DNA of 64,000 bases, from assembly GCA_049695975.1 (NCBI GenBank), contig JBAVTE010000012.1, forward strand, positions 71,665 to 135,664, given 5' to 3'. The stretch comes from Minisyncoccia bacterium (GTDB lineage: Bacteria > Patescibacteriota > Minisyncoccia > Phycocordibacterales > GWA1-40-21). This document shows, in pieces, positions 56,071 to 64,000 of the stretch. The stretch's first letter is position 1, and every line of letters starts with the position of its first letter. The position numbers and the translations under genes were made by a program. Under the pieces are notes generated by a model. That model did not search any database. It worked only from the letters and a program-made list of their open reading frames with translations, and was not told where the DNA came from.

Positions 56071-57351
56071 ATGAATATGGAAAAGATACTGAAATTGGTA
56101 AAGAAAATCATACCGAAAAATCTGGTAGCAAAAGGCAGGCCAGTGTACCACTATATGTTGGCTTTTGTGGGGGCAGTTTATTATGGTTTTCCTGCAAAAA
56201 AGCTCAAAGTTGTGGCGATAACGGGTACAAAAGGCAAGACTACTACCACCGAGCTTGTGAATGCAATCCTTGAAGAAGCAGGCTTTAAAACGGCCCTTGC
56301 CAGTACTTTACGGTTTAAAATTGGTGAGAAAAGTGAAGACAACAAGTTCAAAATGACTATGCCGGGGAGATTTTTCCTACAAAATCTTTTAAGAAAAGCG
56401 GTAGATGCTCAGTGTGATTGGGCAGTTATAGAAATGTCTTCAGAAGGAGCAAAACAGTTTAGACACAAGTTCATAGATCTGAATGCTCTTATTTTTACAA
56501 ATCTTTCACCGGAACATATAGAATCACACGGTTCATATGAGAAATATTTGGAGGCAAAACTTTCTATTGCAAAAGCTTTGGAAGATTCTTCAAAAAGTGG
56601 AAAAGTAATAGTTTCGAATATAGATGATAAAGAAGGGCAAAAATTTTTAGATGCAAACATTTCAAATAAATTTGCGTATTCCATAAAAAATGCCGAACCA
56701 TTTTCTTTACAGAAGGAGGGAATTACAATGGTTTTTGATGGAGTAAAAATCGTTTCCCGACTTACCGGTAAATTTAACATTTATAATATACTCGCGGCCG
56801 GAACTTTTGCCGGAGCGGAAGGGATTGGTGCTGAGACAATTAAAAATGCTCTTGAAAAAGTTTCTGTTATTCGTGGCAGAGTGGAAAGAATCAAAGAAGG
56901 GCAAAGTTTTGACGTTGTCGTGGACTATGCTCATACCTCGGATTCTCTCCGAGAACTTTATGAGGCCTTTTTAAATCAGCCGAAGGTCTGTGTGCTTGGA
57001 AATTGTGGAGGGGGTAGAGATAAATGGAAGAGGAAAGAAATGGCGCTTATTGCAGAAAAATATTGTGACAAGATTATTCTGACAGACGAGGATCCATACG
57101 ACGAGAATCCTGGAGAAATCGTGGAAGATATGGCAAAAGAGATGCAGAAAAAGAAACCGGAAATAATAATGGATAGGAGAAAAGCTATCAAAAGAGCTAT
57201 AGAAATTTCCGATAAAAACGGTGCGGTGCTTATTACAGGCAAGGGGACCGACCCTTACATAATGAGAAAAAATGGTGAGAAAGAGGAATGGAGTGATGCA
57301 AAGGTAGCAAGCGAAGAGTTGAAAAAGTTTTTGAATAAAACCCATGCCTGA
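56071..57351 (+). CDS. murE: Mur ligase family protein (MurE-like UDP-MurNAc-tripeptide synthetase)
   Basis: ATP-binding AITGTKGKTTTT and Mur ligase middle and C-terminal domains. At 426 aa it is shorter than a canonical MurE. Confidence 0.6.
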   Translation: MNMEKILKLVKKIIPKNLVAKGRPVYHYMLAFVGAVYYGFPAKKLKVVAITGTKGKTTTTELVNAILEEAGFKTALASTLRFKIGEKSEDNKFKMTMPGRFFLQNLLRKAVDAQCDWAVIEMSSEGAKQFRHKFIDLNALIFTNLSPEHIESHGSYEKYLEAKLSIAKALEDSSKSGKVIVSNIDDKEGQKFLDANISNKFAYSIKNAEPFSLQKEGITMVFDGVKIVSRLTGKFNIYNILAAGTFAGAEGIGAETIKNALEKVSVIRGRVERIKEGQSFDVVVDYAHTSDSLRELYEAFLNQPKVCVLGNCGGGRDKWKRKEMALIAEKYCDKIILTDEDPYDENPGEIVEDMAKEMQKKKPEIIMDRRKAIKRAIEISDKNGAVLITGKGTDPYIMRKNGEKEEWSDAKVASEELKKFLNKTHA

Positions 57352-58240
57352 ACTTCCAGAAGTAGAAACTACTTGCAGAATTTTGGATAAAAAAATAAAA
57401 AATCTTTTTATAGAAGATGTTTGGACAGATTACCGTGGAAAATCTGCGAAATATTCTTTGGGAATAAAAGATTCAGAATATTTTTATAATTTTAAAAAAG
57501 AAATCATCAATAAGAAAATCCTCGGTGTGGAGAGAAGAGCAAAAAATGTTTTGATAAAACTTTCGGAAGGAAACACTGTTTTGATTCATATGAAAATGAC
57601 GGGGCATCTTTTGTATGGTGAATATGATTTTTTAAATAAAAAATGGTCGCCAAAAGAGGGCGGTGCATTGAAAGATCCATACAATAGATTTGTCCATTTA
57701 GTTTTTTCTTTGTCTGATGGAAAGAAACTTGTACTTTCCGATGCGAGAAAGTTTGCAAAGATTTTACTTCTAGAAAGAGAAAAATGCGAGGAAGAATTTT
57801 GTGAAACAGGACCAGAACCCCTAAATAAAAGTTTTTCTTACAAGATTTTTACAGAACGGATTAATAAAAGACCAAAAAGTAAAATAAAAACTGTTTTAAT
57901 GGATCAAAATGTAATTGCTGGGATAGGAAATATCTATTCCGATGAAATTTTATGGACTTCCTCCGTGCATCCAGAAAAAATAGTAAAAAATCTTTCAGAA
58001 AAGCAAAAGAAAGAAATTTATAAAAATATAAGAATTATTTTAGAAAAATCCATTAAACTCGGCGGGGATTCAATGTCTGATTATCGCAATCCGTATGGTG
58101 AAAAGGGGAGATTTCAAGATTTTCATAAGGTTTACAGAAAGACCGGAGAAAAATGTGTAAAAAAGGGCTGTTCGGGAATTATTAAAAGAATTATCGTGGG
58201 TGGTAGGAGCACCCATTTCTGCCCAGTGCATCAAGTTTAA
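57344..58240 (+). CDS. mutM: formamidopyrimidine-DNA glycosylase
   Basis: N-terminal MPELPEVET, an H2TH region and a C-terminal zinc finger (C…C…CPVHQ). Confidence 0.85.
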   Translation: MPELPEVETTCRILDKKIKNLFIEDVWTDYRGKSAKYSLGIKDSEYFYNFKKEIINKKILGVERRAKNVLIKLSEGNTVLIHMKMTGHLLYGEYDFLNKKWSPKEGGALKDPYNRFVHLVFSLSDGKKLVLSDARKFAKILLLEREKCEEEFCETGPEPLNKSFSYKIFTERINKRPKSKIKTVLMDQNVIAGIGNIYSDEILWTSSVHPEKIVKNLSEKQKKEIYKNIRIILEKSIKLGGDSMSDYRNPYGEKGRFQDFHKVYRKTGEKCVKKGCSGIIKRIIVGGRSTHFCPVHQV

Positions 58241-58251
58241 AAAATAACTAT

Positions 58252-58384
58252 AAAAAACAAAAACCTCGTAACAAAGTACTTTTGAACGTCCTTGGAAGTC
58301 GCGACTGGCGACGGACAGAGAAAATTTTTAGCAAAAAATTTTCGTGATGGTCAAAAGTATTTTATGGAGAGGTTTTTGTTTTTT
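58252..58384 (+). repeat. MITE-like element B2 (family B)
   Basis: Core CTTTTGAACGTCCTTGGAAGTCGCGACTGGCGACGGACAGAGAAAATTTTTAGCAAAAAATTTTCGTGATGGTCAAAAG inside the inverted repeat AAAAAACAAAAACCTC…GAGGTTTTTGTTTTTT. Lies between convergent mutM and ruvA. Confidence 0.7.
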
Positions 58385-58394
58385 ATAGTTGTTT

Positions 58395-58964
58395 TTACTT
58401 ACCAAGAATCTTAAGTGCCTCTTTTATTTTCTTGCCAGTTTCCTTGTGTTCATCACCCACTTTTTTTAAAGCATCTCTGGCCTCATCATGTGAATATCCG
58501 AGAGTTTTTAGTGCCTCGAGTGCATCGGATTCTTCTTTGAGTCCTTCATAGTCTCCAGCTTCTCCAATAATTTTATCTTTAAGTTCTAAAACAATTTTAT
58601 CGGCCATCTTTTTACCCATGCCAGAAATTTTGACAAGTGGTCCCACTTCTCCAGTCTTGATAGCCCTCTTTAAGCCATCTACGGTGGCCATGCTCATTAT
58701 GCCCAGAGCTGTTTTTGGACCAATTCCGGAAATAGTGATAAGTAATTCAAAAAAGTCCAAATCTTCTTTTTCTAGAAAACCATAAAGTGTCTGTGCATCT
58801 TCTCGGACAGCGAAGTGAGTCCAAAGAGAAATTTCAACCCCAACTTTTTTATTCTGATGTGACACTTCTGTTGGCACAAAAATTTTATAACCGATGCCAT
58901 TTGTTTCCACTACTATGAATTTTTCTGATAAAAAAATTATTTTTCCAGTAATCTTTGTAATCAT
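58395..58964 (-). CDS. ruvA: Holliday junction DNA helicase RuvA
   Basis: MITKITGKIIFLSEKFIVVETNGIGYKIFVP… with HhH motifs. Confidence 0.85.
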   Translation of the reverse strand: MITKITGKIIFLSEKFIVVETNGIGYKIFVPTEVSHQNKKVGVEISLWTHFAVREDAQTLYGFLEKEDLDFFELLITISGIGPKTALGIMSMATVDGLKRAIKTGEVGPLVKISGMGKKMADKIVLELKDKIIGEAGDYEGLKEESDALEALKTLGYSHDEARDALKKVGDEHKETGKKIKEALKILGK

Positions 58965-59066
58965 ATCTATATTCTATCATATTTGGAAAATTGATTTTTA
59001 TATTGCCTTTTTTTCTAAAAGGTGGTAATCTAGCTTAGTTCAATTAAGAAAAACATTAAATAATAT

Positions 59067-59333
59067 ATGGCAATAACAAGTTCAGCAAAAAAGGCAAATA
59101 GAGCATCTCTCAAAAAGAGAGTTTTTAATATTAGAACAAAGAGAGGTTTTGAAGACGAAATAAGAGATATTAAAATCCTTGTTAAAGAAGGAAAGATAAA
59201 AGAAGCTGAAAAAGCGCTCCCTGTCGCCTACAAAGCAATAGATAAAGCGATGAAGAGAGACTATATAAAGAAAAACACCGCAGCAAGATACAAATCCAGA
59301 CTTACATTGTTTGTAAATAAAGGAAAGAAATAA
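59067..59333 (+). CDS. rpsT: 30S ribosomal protein S20
   Basis: 88 aa, MAITSSAKKANRASLKKRVFN…; terminator at 59350-59377. Confidence 0.85.
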   Translation: MAITSSAKKANRASLKKRVFNIRTKRGFEDEIRDIKILVKEGKIKEAEKALPVAYKAIDKAMKRDYIKKNTAARYKSRLTLFVNKGKK

Positions 59334-59389
59334 ATCAAACTATTAAACAAAAAAACCACCGAGATGTGGTTTTTTTGTTGGCTATTTAC

Positions 59390-59422
59390 GAGAGCTCTTT
59401 TTATAATTGTCCCCCCGCCAGG
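59390..59422. repeat. direct repeat of tRNA-Arg 3' end plus 3' flank (33 nt), 143 nt from the tRNA-proximal copy
   Basis: AGAGCTCTTTTTATAATTGTCCCCCCGCCAGGA occurs at 59390-59422 and again at 59566-59598, the latter overlapping the tRNA 3' end. Confidence 0.85.
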
Positions 59423-59446
59423 ATATCTCTCCCTACGGGAGCTGTA

Positions 59447-59510
59447 CACCTTTTCTGTTTTCTGTTCGTGAAGACACTCCAGAAAACTATCAAAGGTCTT
59501 CGATTCCTGG
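59447..59510. repeat. 64-nt sequence shared with the tRNA-Lys locus (54833-54896)
   Basis: Identical 64-mer; see 54833-54896. Confidence 0.85.
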
Positions 59511-59583
59511 ACGAAACTGCTACCCAGCAGTTTCTCGGTGGGACAAAATAAAAAGGCTCTTGGAAGAGCTCTTTTTATAATTG

Positions 59584-59655
59584 TCCCCCCGCCAGGAATC
59601 GAACCTGGATTTCTTCCTTCGCAGGGAAGTGTCCTATCCATTGAACGACGAGGGG
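59584..59655 (-). tRNA. tRNA-Arg (anticodon reads GCG by hand)
   Basis: The reverse complement gives acceptor CCCCTCG/CGGGGGG with one G-U pair, D-stem GTTC/GGAC, anticodon stem CTTCC/GGAAG with loop CTGCGAA, and T-arm CCAGG-TTCGATT-CCTGG. Confidence 0.65.
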
Positions 59656-59825
59656 AATTTAAAAACTCTAACACATTTTGCTTTAAATTACGAAAAAAAT
59701 GGATTCCCCACAGTGCTTTTCTGCTGAAAAGCATGCAGGGCCCATCTCGCGCCGTCGCGCTCCGATCTTGCACTTGGGTTCCAACCCAAGCTCACGTTTG
59801 CACGGGAATGACAGAGAGAGGAGAT

Positions 59826-60287
59826 TTAAAATCCCAAAAATTCCATAACTCTTTTTGAAGCGGTTTCCTCGAGTTCTTTTTCTTTTATTTTTTTTATGAG
59901 AAAATTTCTTATGTTATTTATGTCTGCATCCTCTATGATGATAGAGTGTATTGGTGCAAGAAATTTGTTTGTTTTAAGAATCAAAAGGTCTTCGTCTTTT
60001 GTGTCTTTTATCCAGAAACATTCGATGGACTCATAGGCCATAAAATCTCCACCAGCTTTGATTCCTTTTTCATTTATTTCATATTCAAAAACAGTAGAAT
60101 CTTTTCTGATGACGGTCATCAAAGCAAAGACTGATACTACGACGAGTATTACGAATGCATAATTGTGAAGAAATATGGCGATGATGATTGTTGATAAAGA
60201 AATAATACCCCAAGACCAATACCAATCCACACTTCTTTCTTTTTTACGATACTCAGGTGCTGTCCATTTAATTTTTGAATCCATATG
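59826..60287 (-). CDS. hypothetical two-TM membrane protein
   Basis: Likely start MDSKIKW…. The longer ORF up to 60422 would overlap the tpiA start. Confidence 0.4.
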   Translation of the reverse strand, partial: HMDSKIKWTAPEYRKKERSVDWYWSWGIISLSTIIIAIFLHNYAFVILVVVSVFALMTVIRKDSTVFEYEINEKGIKAGGDFMAYESIECFWIKDTKDEDLLILKTNKFLAPIHSIIIEDADINNIRNFLIKKIKEKELEETASKRVMEFLGF

Positions 60288-60367
60288 ATAATTATAGCAA
60301 GGAAAGAGGGAAAAGCCAGACTCTCTTGAAGATTTTTTGACTCTAAAAATTATGATATAATGGTCAT

Positions 60368-61138
60368 ATGATAAAAAGAAGAAAAATACTTGTAGGCAAC
60401 TGGAAAATGAACCCGAATTCACTTGAAGATGCAGTGACCCTTACGACAGAAATTAAACAAAAGTTGGAAAATAATAAAAAAATTGATGTGGTCGTCTGCC
60501 CACCTTATATTTTTCTAAATGAAGTTGGAGCAGTTCTCAAAGATCAGAAAAAGATCAAGCTCGGTTCACAAGATGTATTTGGAGGAGACGGCACTTCTTT
60601 TACAGGTGAGGTAAGCGTGGATATGATCAAAAATGCTGGCGCTGAATATGCGATTGTAGGACATTCTGAAAGAAGAAAGATATTCGAGACATTGGAAATG
60701 GTATCAGAGAAAGTTGTTTTTTCACTCAAGGGTGGATTGAAGACTATACTTTGCGTCGGAGAAATAGCTAGAGATGAACAAGGTGAATTTTATAATTTTA
60801 TAAAAACAGAGCTTCTCGGTGCTCTTCTAAAAATTAAGAAAAGTTATCTTTCTAATTTAATTATTGCTTACGAGCCAATTTGGGCTATCGGCAAAAAAGA
60901 AAGTGAAGCAATCAGTCCAGAAAATTTGCATGAGATGACGATTTTTATAAAAAAGATTTTGAATGACAAATTCAAAGAGGAAGGTCTTCTTGTTCCTATT
61001 CTTTATGGTGGTTCAGTAAATAAAAATAATGTAAAAGAGATTATTTCGAGGGGACAAGTGGATGGAATACTTCTCGGTAGAGAAAGTTTGAAGTTCGATA
61101 ATTTCACTGAAATTGCAAACATACTTGGTGAAGTCTAG
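60368..61138 (+). CDS. tpiA: triosephosphate isomerase
   Basis: GNWKMN, a catalytic His/Glu context (…VGHSERR…YEPIWAIG…) and GGSV. Confidence 0.9.
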   Translation: MIKRRKILVGNWKMNPNSLEDAVTLTTEIKQKLENNKKIDVVVCPPYIFLNEVGAVLKDQKKIKLGSQDVFGGDGTSFTGEVSVDMIKNAGAEYAIVGHSERRKIFETLEMVSEKVVFSLKGGLKTILCVGEIARDEQGEFYNFIKTELLGALLKIKKSYLSNLIIAYEPIWAIGKKESEAISPENLHEMTIFIKKILNDKFKEEGLLVPILYGGSVNKNNVKEIISRGQVDGILLGRESLKFDNFTEIANILGEV

Positions 61139-61152
61139 GATAGGTTTTATGG

Positions 61153-61275
61153 ATCCCTTTAGAGATAGAAACAATCAGATTGATTACGTAAAATTAATCA
61201 AATAATAAAATTTAATAACAATAATTTAATAAATAGATTAAGGTGGTAATTCATAACACATTAATCTCTAACGGG
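61153..61275 (+). promoter_or_regulatory. conserved structured 5' leader element, copy L3 (upstream of capA-like gene)
   Basis: ATCCCTTTAGAGATAG…AAACAATCAGATTG…TAGATTAAGGTGGTAATTCATAACACATTAATCTCTAACGGG-ATG. The 3' 30 nt are nearly identical to L1 and L2, and the 5' end has one mismatch. Confidence 0.55.
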
Positions 61276-62349
61276 ATGGAAAAAGGTTTTTTAAAAAAAT
61301 TATCGGCAATGATTTTGGAGGGTTTTGTCCTCGCGTTTTTTATTTTTGCTTTTGTACAAATGCCGTCTGAATTATTGTCTATTTGGCAAAATTTAAAAGA
61401 TAGAAAATTGAGTATAGAAGAAATAAATATATTAAATAAAAATATTTCTTCTGTTATTGAGTCTCGGAACTTTGCCGAAATAACAAAATCCAATGAAACC
61501 ACCTTGGCTTTTGTCGGGGATATAATGCTTGATAGAGGTGTCTATTCTAAATTTATAAAAAATGGTAATGGTGATTATTATTTTCCCTTTGCAAAAATAA
61601 AAGATGATTTGGCTAAGTATGATCTAGTCTTTGGAAATCTTGAAGGGCCTATGTCAGACAAGGGGCAAGATTCGCACAACCTGTATTCTTTTGAGATGGA
61701 TCCAAATTTTGCACCAGTATTGCGAGATATTGGTTTCAAGGTTTTGTCTATTGCAAATAACCACATAGATAATTGGGGAAAAATAGCGATGGAGGATACT
61801 TTTTCTAGACTAAAAGAAAATAGAATAATTGTTTCAGGCGGAGGAATGAATGAAAGCGAAGCGTATGGTGTAAATGTCATAAATGTTGATGGAAATAAAA
61901 TTGCGATTTTATCTTTTAGTCAGTTTGGCGCAGGACAATATAGTGCGACAGCAAGCTCTTCTGGAATTGCTATCCTAGATCAGAAAAAAGTTGAAGAAAG
62001 TGTAAAAATGGCTAGAAACATGGCTGATATTGTGGTGGTGTCGTTTCACTTTGGGGAAGAATACAAAAATATACCTAACGATTTTCAGAAAAAATGGGCG
62101 AAGATTGTAGTGGATGTGGGTGCGGATCTCGTCGTTGGCGGACATCCTCATGTGGTGGAGCCAGTAGAACAATACAGGAATGTTTTTATTGCGTATAGTT
62201 TAGGAAATTTTGTTTTCGATCAGTATTTTTCTCCAGAAACAATGTCGGGAGGTCTTCTTGAAGTAAAAATAAAAGATAAAAAAATTATTTCAGTAAATTT
62301 AAGAAAAATCCAGATGAATAGCGAATATCAGCCGGAACTTGTGGAATAG
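61276..62349 (+). CDS. capA: CapA/PgsA-family (PGA_cap) metallophosphatase-like protein
   Basis: …LAFVGDIMLDRG…NLEGP…ANNH…GGHPH…SLGNFVFDQ… The likely start is MEKGFLKK…, after the leader; the ORF-track start is at 61243. Confidence 0.7.
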   Translation: MEKGFLKKLSAMILEGFVLAFFIFAFVQMPSELLSIWQNLKDRKLSIEEINILNKNISSVIESRNFAEITKSNETTLAFVGDIMLDRGVYSKFIKNGNGDYYFPFAKIKDDLAKYDLVFGNLEGPMSDKGQDSHNLYSFEMDPNFAPVLRDIGFKVLSIANNHIDNWGKIAMEDTFSRLKENRIIVSGGGMNESEAYGVNVINVDGNKIAILSFSQFGAGQYSATASSSGIAILDQKKVEESVKMARNMADIVVVSFHFGEEYKNIPNDFQKKWAKIVVDVGADLVVGGHPHVVEPVEQYRNVFIAYSLGNFVFDQYFSPETMSGGLLEVKIKDKKIISVNLRKIQMNSEYQPELVE

Positions 62350-64000
62350 GATGACAAAATACTTAATCAGACAAAAACTTGGAATAGAAGAAAAAATGAA
62401 GTTCGGTGATTATCCCGAACTTCTTTCGCTTTTACTACTTTCGAGAGGAATGAAAAGTAAAGAAGAAGCAGATGACTTTTTAAATCCAGATTTTGAAAAG
62501 AATCACGATCCATTTTTAATGAAGGATATGGAAAAAACCGTAGTGAGAATGAAAAAGGTGATTGATAAAAATGAAAAGGTTGTGATATTTAGTGACTATG
62601 ATGCTGATGGAATTTCTGGAGCAGTAGTGCTCTACGATTTTTTTGAAAAAATTGGATTTAAAAATTTTGAAAATTATATTCCGCACAGAGTGATGGAGGG
62701 CTTTGGTTTAAATAAGGACGCGGTGGAGGAATTTTCAAAAAAAGATGTAAAACTTATCATCACTATTGATTGTGGAATTGCGGATGTGGAAGAAGCGAAA
62801 TTAATTAATGAAAAAGGCATTGATCTTATTATTACAGACCACCATTTAGTACCCAAAAAAATTCCTGAGGCATATGCGATTCTTGATCCGAAAAGAAAAG
62901 ATTGCGATTACCCAGAAAAAATGCTTTGTGGATCTGGGGTAGTTTTCAAATTTGTGCAAGCGATGATTTCAAAGTATGGGGAAGAATTTAAAATCAAAAA
63001 TGGTTGGGAAAAATGGCTTCTAGACATGGTAGGGCTTGGCACTATTTCCGATATGGTGCCACTTGTTGGAGAAAATCGAATTTTCGCTCACTATGGACTT
63101 AAAGTTTTGAGAAAGTCGCCTCGTCTTGGTTTAGTAAAACTTTTGCGAATTTTAAAAATAGACCAGAGCCGACTTTCAGAAGATGATATCGGCTTTATGA
63201 TCTCTCCGCGTATCAATGCCGCATCCCGAATGGGAAAGCCAGAAGATGCGTTTAAACTTTTGATTACAAAAGATGAAGACGAAGCAGAAGTCCTCGCAAG
63301 GCATTTGGATAAAATAAATAGTGAAAGAAAAGGCGTAGTTGCAAGCATTGTAAAAGAAATTAAAAAGAAAATTTCCGAAAGAAGCACTGAGAGTAAAAGA
63401 AAAGTCTTGGTCGCAGGAAATCCAGATTGGAAACCTTCACTTCTTGGACTTGTGGCAAACTCTCTTCTTGATGACCATGATGGTCCAGTATTTCTCTGGG
63501 GAAGAGAAGACGGGAAGAACTTGAAGGGCTCATGTCGCTCTGATGGGTGTGTAGATCTTGTGGAAATGATGAAAGAAGCAGGGGATGTATTTGTAGAATT
63601 TGGTGGGCACAAAATGTCTGGAGGTTTTACTTTGGCTTTTGAAAAAATATCTCTTTTAGAAGAACGTCTAGAAATGTCATACAAGAAAATTGCGGTAGAG
63701 ATGATAGAAACAGGTTTTGATGTGGATGCAGAAGTAAATGCAAAAGATGTAAATGTTAAAAATTATAAAATTTTGGAAAAACTTTCACCGTTTGGTGCTG
63801 AAAATGAAAAGCCAATCTTTTTGTGGCGAAACTTGAGAGTTGTGAGTGTTAAAAAATTTGGAAAAGAAAATAATCACCTAGAATTAGTTTGTGAGGGTAG
63901 TGATGGTGGAGAATTTAAAGCAATTTCCTTTTTTTCTTCACCGGAAACATGGGGTGAAGAAATAAAAATCGGCGATGCAATAGACCTAATTGGAAATTTA
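62350..64000 (+). CDS. recJ: single-stranded-DNA-specific exonuclease RecJ (3' end beyond window)
   Basis: Translated by hand: DHH motifs FSDYDADGISGAVVL and LIITDHH, and a DHHA1 region (…GGHKMSGGF…). No stop before the window end. Confidence 0.8.

Noticed and set aside
63091-63684. 197-aa minus-strand ORF near the window end
   Set aside because: Antisense to the clearly identifiable recJ coding sequence on the plus strand. recJ was missed by the ORF track because it has no in-window stop.
1-64000. Alternative genetic code (code 25/UGA=Gly, as in Gracilibacteria/Absconditabacteria)
   Set aside because: All recognisable genes are full-length and intact under the standard stop set, including UGA as stop (for example rsmA …KDRP-TGA). 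There is no evidence for recoding.

Overview
Low-GC (~33%), gene-dense window that looks like a Patescibacteria/CPR-type chromosome segment. Genes read through UGA as a stop, so this is the standard code 11, not code 25. It carries the replication-origin neighbourhood, with dnaN and dnaA on the minus strand followed by rpmH-rnpA-yidC-jag on the plus strand. The rest is housekeeping (tyrS, PBP1A, rsmA, pcrA, comM, cca, xth, xerC/D, rpsO, pnp, nadK, hup, rny, clpP, rsmE, holA, murE-like, mutM, ruvA, rpsT, tpiA, recJ) and six tRNAs. The accessory content is concentrated in a few places: (a) a ~12 kb minus-strand type-IV-secretion-like cluster (VirB4 split into two ORFs, PrgI/VirB3-like, VirB6-like, VirB2-like pilin candidate, tandem paralogous small proteins, secreted proteins), followed by two very large secreted PKD-repeat and peptidoglycan-binding proteins; (b) an IS200/RAYT-like Y1 transposase flanked by copies of a 19-nt REP-like palindrome, with a third copy embedded in-frame inside rsmA; (c) two related families of palindrome-embedded MITE-like intergenic repeats that share the terminal motif CTTTTGAAC...GTTCAAAAG; (d) a ~130-nt structured 5' leader, perfectly conserved over its last ~35 nt, placed in front of three unrelated genes (pnp, hup, capA-like), whose 5' end base-pairs with the start-codon region; (e) three tRNA genes (Pro, Lys, Arg) each followed by direct repeats of their own 3' end plus inverted T-arm fragments, with a 64-nt sequence shared between the Lys and Arg loci; (f) large non-coding tracts around yraN containing perfect DnaA boxes and a promoter/terminator-bounded candidate sRNA. 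Everything is read by eye from the sequence and ORF track; no database searches were run.
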